Shown: positions 1 through 11,366 of the stretch, one piece after another
Layout of the letters: each line of letters opens with the position of its first letter
How positions within the stretch are numbered: position 1 is the first letter of the stretch
Source of the DNA: Phoronis australis
Lineage: Eukaryota; Animalia; Phoronida
DNA: 64,000 nt
Reading direction: 5' to 3'
Assembly: GCA_002633005.1 (NCBI GenBank)
Contig: NMRA01000028.1
Span: 1,616,177 to 1,680,176 of the forward strand
Program-made: the position numbers and the translations under genes
Notes under the pieces: generated by a model
Seen by the model: the letters and a program-made list of their open reading frames with translations, nothing else
Told to the model about the DNA's origin: nothing
Database searches by the model: none

Positions 1-53
1 AAAATTGCAATGCTTGGAGTGAGTTGTTGACCATTTGATATTCATATTTTCAG

Positions 54-155
54 GACAATGATTTTGCCATCGACCGTACCACTGGAAATGTGAAGTTAAT
101 AAAAAAACTGGATTATGAAGAAAGTTCGCAACATCAGGTTGAAATAATAGTTAAG
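54..155 (+). CDS. Cadherin exon 1 in window (DNDFAIDRTTGNVKLIKKLDYEE...IVK)
   Basis: ttttcag acceptor, gt donor, LDYE motif, 102 nt. Confidence 0.88.
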
Positions 156-778
156 GTACTGCTTGGTCTTTTGAAAAATGCAACAGCACCCGTGTTGTCT
201 GGTCAATTTTAGGTGCACCCGCTTTGTTAATTGACAAATACTTGGTCACTAAGTATCTTTGGGTGATTCATTGGGGCTCTGAAGATGTCCTTATGGGACA
301 ACTGAATATAATGTTTTGGAAAACTCAACTAGTTCATATATGAGCGTTTGTGAATTTGAAAGATGATGTCAGATTTATGACTTTCTAGATCAGCAATTGT
401 TTTATTTTTATTGTCATATTGTGAAACTGATGCAAAACACCAGCCTGGAGTGACTACAATGTGACTACCCGTGAGGGTGAACACATTTTTGGGTACTTCG
501 TAGCTAATCGGCACTGGCTTTACTGGCTATTAAAAATGTAAAATAGAGAAACAATATGTGCACACGGCGACGTTTCAACAAACATAAAAGTAAGAAATGG
601 TTTTTGCTCTTCAGATCCTAAGTGGGGTGGACCATTTGCTATTGCCAGTCGGCAATGGACTGTTGTATAGTATGAAATTGGCATACAATTTGTACTTAAC
701 TATTAACTCTTTGATGGGTACCTGAACTTAACAAATTTGGGCTTATTCGGCTAGTTGCATAAGGGTTTTTCCCCACAC

Positions 779-3187
779 CATAGACATCTTAGTACTATAG
801 ACCGGCCGCACACGCTACTGCAGCTGACAACTTGACGCCATATTGGAGAGTGCTGCTAGTCACGTGACACGGCTAATTGTGTAAACGAACGGGGTAAATT
901 GTCCTTTTCAAAGCGCGATATCTAACAAATAAAGGGCCGAAGAGTGTGATTTTTTCCAGAAACATACAAAAACATGTGATGTAGCACTTACATATGTTTT
1001 TTTAGAGTTAATCAGTCGATGGGGAAAATATTAAACTATTAGAAGATAGCAACCAATGGCAGATTCTCGAGTGGCCTGAGTGGCTACAAACCTGTCAATC
1101 CACTGTGAGCGTTTTTATTTTTTCATTTTTTTTCAAGAGAAACCACTAAGATCATGCAAACTTATCATTTAATCCTTGTCGCTCAATGAAAATACATATA
1201 TCCAGGAGACGTTCCGCTCTCTCGGGATGTACTTTTATGGTGCTCCAATAAGCCTTTTCACTGCGTGTTGAACAATGACCCCGGGTAACTTTGAAAAATT
1301 AAAATATGATCCTGGTCGCTTTTAATGGGGTATAAATTTAATGTGAACTACTGTGAAAAATTACCTCATTGGGTCATGTAAATAAATGACATTTTTTTAT
1401 TGAAGTTCAGTGCGTTCTCCCGTTCAGTGCAGCGGTTGTGAGCGTGGGATAACATCTAGCTCCTTTGTTAACTGCCGAGCATAGTCTTTTGTCTGGTGGG
1501 ACAACATGCATATCTACCTGGTTTATAACCGATCACATGCAAACACAGTCAAACCCAGTACATTGGTTTGTTGGGACAGAATAGATTGTCTTAACTTCGA
1601 TTGTAGTTGGGCGATTTTGGTGATTCAAACCTATAAGCTTGATCAGTATTTGATGGGCAATTCAGAAATGTCATTGGTTTATGTTCAAACATTTTATAAC
1701 TTAACTTGCTTTTAACAGCACAGCCCAATGAGGATATAAGATACGATTTTATTGGAGATTAGAGCTATTATCGAACAAAAGAGAGCAGACCATCCAACCC
1801 TAATTGCCAGAATGGACTTAATCAGTCGTCAGCGTAAGATATTGGCTACAGCGGTCATCCGCCCAACTTGTTGTGATATACAACTTAACAAGTTAGACTC
1901 AACGGGAGAATGCCGTAATGTAAAAAGCAAGGAACACAGACTCAGTTCCTTTCCTGTGCTTCGCTCGTAATAGCCAACATACAAATAATTCTTCTCTCAC
2001 GCACGGTATTCCTCTCTCACAGATCTGAAGTCCCNCCCCCCCCCCCCCCCGATCAAGCACCAGGCTCTTGTTGGCGTTTTGTAGTATCCCCACACTGTGT
2101 AATTGTGTGCTCGCAAAGAGGTCAGCCCCACTCCCACACATTATTTCGGCTCCTATCCATCCCCGCCCTTAATCTGATACGCGTACTGCGCGACCCTCAG
2201 CCGAGAAATTTAAAATAAATTCTTCTGTCATGCTGTCTGCATATCCCAACCCCCTGTTGTGGGGGAACCATTGAATAATGACAGGGCAGATTTTCACGGA
2301 TGTGGAGTCGTTTTTTCATGAGCTGAAAATTCTTCACAATAAATTTAGACCTGTGAAAAAACTAACTGGGGTCATTTTTCACGGGGTCATAGCTAATGCT
2401 ACATCGGCTCAGTTGGGTATATTTCCATTCGGTTTCGAGTGGGAAATTCTGTATTTTGGGTAAAGGTTGGATGTGCAATTCAGTCGTACAGCTTTGATAT
2501 TTTGTTACTATGCACTTTACTTTTTTGCGCCAGTTTTGTCAGAAAACAGAGAGCTCGTAACCAAGCTGTGCAAATCTACAAAATTTCAAATTTCAGCTTT
2601 GGCATAGGTACAGATTTTGCAGGGATTTGTTTGTTTTGATACAAAGGAAAACAACTGATTTTGGAATACATATTAAGAAATGAGTTTTTAAAGCAGTATA
2701 TATTTTAATAGAGATAACACTATTCACTTAGATGTACTGATTTCGTTGGCTGGCGAGTAAGTCATTAATACCAAATATTTACTTAAATATAATTAGCAAA
2801 CAGCATCATCATTGGATAAGAGCATATGCTGGTCAATAATTATCTTTTTAATTGATCTTAATGGTCTCAGTCACCAAGACTGATTGGAAACAACGCATTA
2901 TCGCTCCCCTTAAACTATGGTGGCAGAACATAAAAACCTAGTGGCAGCACCACTAAACTCCATGGCCGAACCAAAAAACCCATGACTCAATGACAGGACC
3001 AAAAAACCTAACTCACTGGCTGCAGGCATAACACAGCAAGCTCCCACTTTTTCCGACTGATGCCGTAGGGCTCCCTGTGTTTTCCACCATTTTTGTCCTG
3101 TGTAGCACTCTCCAATATGGCGTCATATTGACAAGGTGAGCTGCATGTAACTGAGTGGCGCGCTGCCCGGTCTTTGTGATGTCTATG
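779..3187. mobile_element. Non-autonomous P-superfamily-like DNA transposon
   Basis: TIR CATAGACATC (779-788 / 3178-3187); subterminal inverted repeat TGACGCCATATTGGAGAGTGCT (about 833-854 / 3104-3125); flanking 8-mers CCCCACAC / TTCCACAC (6/8). Confidence 0.7.
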
Positions 3188-3461
3188 TTCCACACTCTTT
3201 AAACTGTTTCTAAAAATTGAGAAGAAATACTAGATTATTAAGGAAATGTGGGATCAGTTCTAGAAAACATTTAAATAAAAAATATGAAGATTATGTTGCA
3301 CAAGAGCTTTTGGAGAATGTTTGTGTTCACCTGAAGCCAGATTTACTGAAGATGAAAATGACCAACATTCATGAAGTTTGATTTGAAATTTTTATGCATT
3401 GTCAAAATAGTAAGTGTTGGCGAGGTAGTATGGTTAAAACATTTATTTTGGGCTTTTTTAG

Positions 3462-3584
3462 GATAATGATGATGTACACAATGCAACAACTTATTTAGTG
3501 GTGACAGTGATCGATGTGGAAAATAAGCCTCCCAAATTCACCAAAGAGGCGCAACTAGTGTCAGTGAAGGAAGACACCAAACCG
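3462..3584 (+). CDS. Cadherin exon 2 (DNDDVHNATT...VIDVENKPPKF...EDTKP)
   Basis: ag/gt bounded, phase 0-0, linker motif DVENKPP. Confidence 0.9.
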
Positions 3585-4607
3585 GTTTGTATATAAAGAA
3601 CACACAACTAGTTATGGTGTATCGACCAGATATGATGCTTCCTCATACTTTCTAGGCTTAACTCTTATTATTGTACATCATATTTCCCATATTAAACATG
3701 AAGAAAATATCGTGCACTGGTTTCAGTGAGGAATTTAAAACTAGAATGTAAATGTGAGACTCAAACATGTGGAGCCAGTATGTTACTGACAGTACAAGAC
3801 AAAAGTAATCAGACGTCATGGAATCTGTTATTTCCCCATCATAACATCTAATTCTGCTAGAGACATAAATGATTGGTAATAACTATAAGGCTGGCAAAAT
3901 TCTAATCACAAAATTACTGCGCCACTGTATCAGTTTTCTTGCTCATATTAGAAAACCATTCTTGACCATGAATTCAGCTTCTGCCAAGTAGTTATGATGG
4001 GGGATTTCTGAATAATTTTGTCTGGATGCTTTTGGCTTGTTCTGTACAAGTGTCTGAAATCTCTATTAGTTGCATTATCCTAGTTGATACACTGATTCTG
4101 TACTTTAAAAAGAGCTGAAGATCTGCTTAATGCACAATGTAACTGTCGCACAGTTACAGAGTTTCTGTACTGAGGAATAGCTGGTATATCTGGATATCTT
4201 TATGTTATTGTTCTGTTACTTTGTTTCTTCTACATAAAAAACATTTCTGATACTATAAGTAATCATTTCAATTCATAAAACATAAAAACATTTCTAATAC
4301 TATAGGTAATCGTGTCAATTCTAAAAACCATAATTTTCAAGATCTTTCTGTTCAAATAATAGAAAAACTCCAATACCCGAGTACCCCTCACAGACTCAAA
4401 AGAGAACAATTGATCCCAATGGATTAAACATAAAGACTTCTTGAATCGTATCCTTTACTTTTTTCCGGCTGCAGTCTATTATGTTCATTACACCAAATAT
4501 CAGATGTCATTTGTCATATCGTGTTTGATTTTACTTCATTTCTGTTGCTGTTGACAAAGGATGTTATATCCAAAAATTTCAGTTGATCTATTGTTAAATT
4601 ACCTAAA

Positions 4608-5330
4608 GTATATTTATCCCACGCGCGTTGAATCTGTCGAGGGAAATACGGCTATGTAATAAAGTTTTCCGTATTCACCTCCTGCACTACTTCAACAGCG
4701 ACCTCTGACATGGAAAGTTCAAAAGGTAATGTCGACTTGATGTCTTCAGCCGGTTCGATCATCAAACTTTCCTAATGTAGTTTAAAGTAACACAGTTGCA
4801 ACAGTGTAACTAACACTCGACATGCAACCAGGCCCTAAACGTAAAATCTGGAACAAAACTGTTAATTCTAAGACACTTTCTCTCAGTTTTCAATTGCTGA
4901 ATACTATATCGTCTGCAACTCAGGCACCCATTCCTAGGAAATTAAAATATCAAAAATTGTTTTTTAACTATTTCCAGGAGATGTTACAAGTTCACTGCTC
5001 AGTTGCCGTTGTTTTCATCTTTGCTACCTCTTTTCAAGAAATAAATCGTTACCTTTAAATCTGTTTCTTTTCCAAGAGAAAACTTGCAGCCTAACGCGCA
5101 AGTACATACATATAGGATGTGATCTGCCATGTGAACAGTCTTGGTGAAGTATTTGAAAAATCTGCCGAAAAATGTAAGAAACTTAGGAATTCGAAGCGCA
5201 TGGGATAAATACAAAACGTACCTCGATTGGCGTACATGAAGTAATATTCCACTTGACCTTATTACGCGGAATAATGTTTCGTGGGATATTACTTCATGTA
5301 CGCCACTCTCGGTACGTTTTGTGTATATTT
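4608..5330. mobile_element. Non-autonomous element with A...A'B...B' inverted repeats (possibly tyrosine-recombinase class)
   Basis: Inverted pairs 4611-4633 / 5189-5211 and 5210-5252 / 5281-5322; GTATATTT at both ends. Confidence 0.55.
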
Positions 5331-5498
5331 TCTAAATTTCGTCAAACAATAGTGTCGTTTAGAGGATCTGGGTCGCCTCTTTTAGTTTCAGATTTATTTT
5401 CTACGTTTCCTTTAGTGAAATTCTAGGATAGAGCCCAGTTTTGCCTGTTGTATTTCTGCCCGAACGTGTAAGTCTAATGGCTTCTACTTCTCTACCAG

Positions 5499-5577
5499 GG
5501 TACCATTCTAGATTATGTGGCAGCTGAAGATGGAGACACGGGAATCCGCAACCAAATAAACTACACTTTAGTAGGAG
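5499..5577 (+). CDS. Cadherin exon 3 (GTILDYVAAEDGDTGIRNQINYTLVG)
   Basis: AxDxD motif, phase 0-1. Confidence 0.9.
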
Positions 5578-5793
5578 GTTTGTGCAAATAGCGTACTGCT
5601 CGAAACATTTGAAATTGAAAATGTTAATTTTTTATTTAAGGTTATGTCGGATCTTAGAAAATAATTATGTAATTTTCAAATATTATGCTTGATATGCTGT
5701 TCTAAAAACGTTGTTAGGAACTGTTATGGTCCAGTTTTGCATGAGCTACTATCAGAGAATAAAAATTGAAAATTACATATAAAACTAAATTGA

Positions 5794-6045
5794 AGTGCTA
5801 ACTCAGAAAACTGTAACCGTGTTTTTGAGATCTCATCTCTAAGTTTTATATTACAACAGGGTTTGATTTTGTTATTGAAAGCTTTGTTCTGCTATGATTG
5901 TACCATTCAATTTTGCTAAATGTTAAGAAAAATGTATGGTCATGTGACCCAACCAACAACAGATTGGTGGACAGTCAAAGATCAACTTTGTCAGTGCGGA
6001 CTTTCTGCTTTCAGAATATAACAATATTTATATGTACTTTTCTCA
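5794..6045. repeat. Old dispersed repeat, homologous to about 11082-11300
   Basis: Colinear shared blocks AGAAAACTGT..TTTTTGAGAT, ATGGTCAYGTGA, CAGATTGGT, AGTCAAA, TTTCAGAA. Confidence 0.6.
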
Positions 6046-6406
6046 ACTTAAAATACTGTAGTTTTGTTAATATTTAAGTGAATGCACTTAAAATACTGTA
6101 GTTTTGTTAATATTTAAGTGAATGCACTTAAAATACTGTAGTTTTGTTAATATTTAAGTGAATGCACTTAAAATACTGTAGTTTTGTTAATATTTAAGTG
6201 AATGCACNCGGACACTAGCGGAAACCCAAATTTGGAGGTCCGCCAAATTCGGACACCACAAAATGATATTTCGCGAGATTCGTCCAAGAATGATTTTTTT
6301 CTCTTGGAATTAATTTTCAGTGTCCGAAAATCACGCGACTTTACCGTAATATTTAAGTGAATGCACTTAAAATACTGTAGTTTTGTTAATATTTAAGTGA
6401 ATGCAC
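6046..6406. repeat. 40-bp tandem repeat (about 5.5 copies) interrupted by an assembly gap and a MITE end
   Basis: Unit ACTTAAAATACTGTAGTTTTGTTAATATTTAAGTGAATGC. Confidence 0.95.
6209..6346. mobile_element. Right end of a Tc1/mariner-type MITE
   Basis: Ends ...ACTTTACCG followed by TA; last 25 nt are the exact reverse complement of 63283-63307; N at 6208. Confidence 0.75.
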
Positions 6407-6713
6407 AGACTTGTTGATACGATGTCACAGGGAAATTAATTTTTTCCATTCAAAAAAGTGGTAAATATTAATTTTTAGAGTGCGCCCATCTCACTGTTGT
6501 AGAATAATTTCATTGACGCACTATGATTGAACTTGGGTCATTAAAATTGTAATTAAAATTGGAAAAAAATAACTTGTCTCGTAGATTTTGCAAATTGGCC
6601 TATAGACGGGTCAATTCACCCAAACCCACGTTTTTCTGCAGTGATCCCTGCTCATAATTGAATTATTCCTAGTTATTCCCATATACGTTAGAGTATTTTG
6701 CTTCTTATTTCAG

Positions 6714-6817
6714 GAAACCACGACAGTTTTGATGTTCTCAGTAATGGAAGCCTCGTCCTAACCAAACCTATTGACAGGGATAACCTGACCTCACCCAGTT
6801 TTACTTTGACTGTGATG
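6714..6817 (+). CDS. Cadherin exon 4 (NHDSFDV...IDRD...LTVM)
   Basis: Within ORF 6698..6880, phase 1-0. Confidence 0.9.
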
Positions 6818-7017
6818 GTAATGTTGTTTTTCTCCGCCATTAAACGGCTGTTTTCATCCTACTTGGGGTCCAAAACATGAAGATCAGCTGATTAACTCAA
6901 AAATGTTCTCAAACTCATCCTTACCATGGTTATCCTTAAGGTTTCTTTCAACAATCAAAAGAACTGGGATATCTATGATGCTTGCTGATGCCCTGAATAG
7001 GCTAGGAACGGATATCA

Positions 7018-8267
7018 TTTTCATGCACCCATTTATATGTGGACGTATTATGCCATCACCCCCATCCAGCCGTCTGTCCGGCATCTGCTGCTCTACAAAA
7101 CCATTCAACGTAGATTCATGAAATTTTGCGCACATGTTCCTTCCATGCATGGGATGGCATGAGCGAACGAACTTTCGGACGAATCCGAATAGCGGTGTGC
7201 CCCCTAGTGGCAATTTTAGTTTTTTATGTTTACCTCTGTATCAGCAAAGGTCCTCAACGTGTTTTCATAAAATTTGGCATATATGCATCTATTATTGAAG
7301 TGATGGATTCGACGTGCTTTACGCCACCTAGTGGCCATTTTCACTGTTTTCTAGTCTGTTTTTTGGCGTCCATCCCTCTGTCAACCAAACCGCTCTAAGG
7401 ATGATTGTGAAAATTGGCATGTATGTTCTTACTTCGAAGAGAATGGCTCACGATGATTTTCCGAGGACTTGACTACTGTGGCGCCTCCTAGTGGTATTTT
7501 TTGCACTCATGGCTGTATCTCCTAAACCGTTTGCAGGATCTTTACTAAATTTAGGAACTGTATTTGTGTGATGTTGACAATGGATGACGATGACTTTCGG
7601 ATGGATCTGAGTACCCGTGTGCTCCCAAGTGGCAATTTTAATTTTTAGGCTCATCTCTGTATCTTCAAAGGTCCTCAACGGATTTTCAGAAAATTCGGAA
7701 TACATGCATCTATTGGTGAGATGATGCTATCCTCCTGTTTTGGGTTGGAATCGGGGTACTTTGTGCCACCTAGTTGCTATTTTTTCCTGTTTTTGAGTCT
7801 GTTTTTGGCATCCACCTCTCCATCAACCAAGCCATTCTAAGGTTGATTTTGAAAATTGGTGTGTATGCTCTCAGTGTGAAGCTGACGGTTAACGATAATG
7901 AATTTGACTACTGTGGCACCTCCTAGTGGTAGTTTTGTTTTGTTTAGTTTTGTGCCCATTGCTGCATCTCCTTAACACACTGCAGGATATTTTTTGAATT
8001 TAGTAATTGTATTTATATGAAGCTAACAACAGACAACGACGTTTTTCAGGCGGATCCAATGAAGGCTGTGTCCCATAGTGGCAATTTCGTTTTTTAAAAT
8101 TTGGTAAATAGCTTTCTATTAAAGAAGCGATGGCGTGTTCCCGTTTTCAGATGGATTGGAGGCTTTGCTCCATCTAGTGGCTGCTTTTATGAAACATAAA
8201 CAACCTTAGAAGCACACCAATTACGGTGCATTCTTGGGCGCATTTCAACGCTCCGCGTTGCTCTTGT
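7018..8267 (+). mobile_element. Helentron/HINE (DINE-1-like) non-autonomous element with internal degenerate repeats of about 125-160 bp
   Basis: T-run plus ATGCACCC start, GTCY-like tract at about 7072-7080, about 8 internal units, GGGCGCAT plus terminal hairpin CAACGC-TCC-GCGTTG (8246-8260) then CTCTTGT. Confidence 0.55.
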
Positions 8268-8757
8268 CTCACTTAAAGATCAGTTACTTAAACATTGGCA
8301 ATAAACTGTGTGCTGGTGAAAGCTGTGGTATTATCGTTTTGGCTAAAACCACGCACATGACTTGTGGTGAAATGGACCCCTGATTTATCACCAGTGGCTA
8401 GGATGGGCTAGTGCTAAATGAGTTCAGCTAGCAAGCTCGAATGGCAATTAGTTTAGCTCACAATTCCTGTGTGACTCAAGCAACCACAAGGCAAATGTCT
8501 CAAACCCAAATGCTCATTGTATGCTGTCCAAGTGAGCAGTGTGCTTGGGATAATAGCTTCAGTGTCCAGTGAAAATTATTCACTCACTTGACATCATTTT
8601 GTACCTCACTGACTCCTTTTCCTCACTGTTTGCATCCATCTCGCTCTGAGCTATTAGACTTTCAAATTTACTTTTGAGCTTATGGCATATGGCCCTAGTC
8701 TGCAGTGGGCTTTACAGTCACCATGGTAGCATCTATTGTTTTGGTTTAATTCTTCAG

Positions 8758-8988
8758 GCTTATGAAGTGGTTAACAGTGGCAGTAATCAGATGTGGGAGG
8801 AAATTACAGCCAACACAACAGTGACAGTCACCGTCATCGATGTAAATGATGAAAAGCCTACATTTAACCGTGATGTTTATAATGCTACTGTTCAAGAGGT
8901 GTTCAAAAGCGAATCTAGCTCTGCAGTTAATCCATCCATCACCTTCACACCAGCAGGCTTGCAGATGGTCGTCACGGATAAGGACTTG
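8758..8988 (+). CDS. Cadherin exon 5 (AYEVV...DVNDEKPTF...TDKDL)
   Basis: Within ORF 8674..8997, phase 0-0. Confidence 0.92.
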
Positions 8989-9186
8989 GTGATTTGATTT
9001 TCTAACGAAATTCTACATGATAAGAATGTCATAAAAAAGATGCCAAAACCCCAACGTTTCACCTCTGGTATAAGTGTTTTCTTCTTTTCGAACTCAAAAG
9101 TTATTACATTAAGTGTTTGCTCTGTTTATGCTCTCAGCAAAATGAGCAGCTCTTGTGGTCATCACATTAGCTGAATATTAGTTTAA

Positions 9187-9890
9187 CCCTTTCACAACCA
9201 ACCCGCTCGAAACCGCTCGTTGCCGTATGCAACCAACCTGTCTCAAACTGGCCCACCTTACCTGACTAAACATAGATCAAGTTCATTCGTGCATACTCTT
9301 GAGACTGAATATTATTTCTGTTGTAAATTTCTGTCTGTTTGTCCTACCACATTTATTGATGTCTGACAATTCAATTTGAAGTTTTTGAGGTAATTTTCTG
9401 GTGATTTTTGAACTTGTTTTTGAAATTTAAAAAATCTCATGGCTTCTGGTGAAAACGACTATAGCAGTGACAGTGATGCTGGTTTCAGTGATTGTATGAA
9501 TGCAGAAGTAGCCGTATCTCTTCGAATTTGTGAGGGACTTGTTGTCAAAAATGAATGTGAAGTTATTATTTCCGATGTTTCGTCTATTAGGGTTGAGAGC
9601 AATGATGAAATCGCTGATATTGTGTGGTAATAGCAACATTTGGTGTGGATTGGTCTTGGGAATTGTGCCATGATATCTTTATGGAGTTTATAGAAATGAC
9701 TGATGTTTGCCTTCCAGCAAAATCTAAAATTTCAAGTTGCTTTGCCAGATAGATTTTTTGAAATGAAGTCTCAGGAAATAAAATTTATCTTTATGCACAG
9801 CAGAAAATTGCAACATCACCCAATCAGAAATGGCAGCCAACATGCCGTGATGAAATGAAGGCTTTTTTCTGCATTGGAATCACACTCTCA
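9187..9890 (+). mobile_element. piggyBac transposon relic (left end plus decayed transposase N-terminus)
   Basis: TTAA-CCC terminus at 9183-9189; acidic ORF 9439..9630; 9789-9881 reads LYAQQKIATSPNQKWQPTCRDEMKAFFCIGI (PGBD-like W..T..EMKAF motif). Right end not found. Confidence 0.7.
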
Positions 9891-10576
9891 AAATAAGTGG
9901 ATTTTTTTGAGTTAATGTGGTTTCACCATATGGTGTTTTTTTCTATAAATAGAAACACAATAGGGATAATATTTTCCTGTGCCATTCAATGACCACCACT
10001 TGGAAAACTGTTACTTCATACAGTGGAACTTACTTGATCTTGATGTCATTCTGAATATCCCGGTCATCTTCATGTAATGTTGAAAAACAGAATCTTTTCC
10101 CTTCAAACCCATGTAAAGTTATCAGCATAATGTCATGATTTGTTATCATATTACATAATGTCTAAAATCAGCTGATTCTCAACGGCTTTTTAGCATATGT
10201 GCCTTCGCTTCTCTATAAAAAGGCAACCTAAATCATCTTCAATTCATATTTGCCGTTTCAAATTTTGTGCCGCGTGGAAAAATCTGCAACTCTTGTCCCC
10301 TGTACAACTTTCTTTCCCTGAAAGTCTCCACTTAGCATGGTCACTGTTTACCATCGCTGCCAAGTTGGGACTCACTTAATGGAATTTCCCACTTGTTAAA
10401 ATATAATTAATGTTGAAACTAACGTTAAGTCGACCCCACTGTAATTGTGTGCACATTTTAGTCTTTGGTGCACAGGAATCTCACATAGACTGAGAAAATT
10501 GCATTAAGAAATGCTATTTGGAGGTAAAGTCTTGTCTCAGTTTATTTTCATTCAATTTCATTTATGTCTGTTTCAG

Positions 10577-10735
10577 GGTGTTAATGCCTACTTCAATCTA
10601 TCCATTGAAAATGATGCGTACAACGCATTCGAGATTTTCCCTGTGGAAGAATCCTATTCTCAAGTGATTGCCCACATAAAAGTTGTCAATGCATCCATCC
10701 TTGACTTTGAAAAATTGGAAAGCGTGTCAATTAAT
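10577..10735 (+). CDS. Cadherin exon 6 (GVNAYFNL...LDFEK...SIN)
   Basis: Within ORF 10511..10783, tttcag/gtaag. Confidence 0.92.
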
Positions 10736-11366
10736 GTAAGTGGTTATTTATGTTGTCAGCAGAAATACATCTGCTCGGCCTAAGTTCAGTAATATTCATA
10801 AAAAATGTTGCACATTCTTTGAATACTTTCCCTGCAATGTCACATGTTGTTTATTGCTGCTCAGGTTAGAATTACTTAAAAGAACATCATATTTCAGAAG
10901 TGGCTGGTCAAATTCGTATGAAATTTTCAGGTACCAGGCTTTGTGCACTGCTTGCAAATTGCTGTAAGAGATTGTTTTTAAAATTTTCCACTTTTGCGTG
11001 AGGGGCTATCAAAAATAGGACTTCTAAGCTTTTTATGAAAAAAAGTCAAAAGTTGCGTAAAGCAAAAAGAAAATGATGATTTAGAAAACTGTGACAGCAT
11101 TTTTGAGATTTTATCTTGAACATTTTTATCGAACAAAATTTGGTCAGGTTGTTACTGTTGTTTAGCTATGGATGTTCCTTTCTTTCTCATTAAGTTTTAC
11201 TTAAAAGACATGGTCACGTGATTCAATTAATAGCAGATTGGTATAAAGTCAAAAATTAAATTTTACGGGCTTTTCAGTTTCAGAAAATATACTGAATTAA
11301 AACTATAGTTTTTCAGATATTTGGCTAAAGACACTGACTAATCGATAAAGTCCTGCATAAGCTTAA

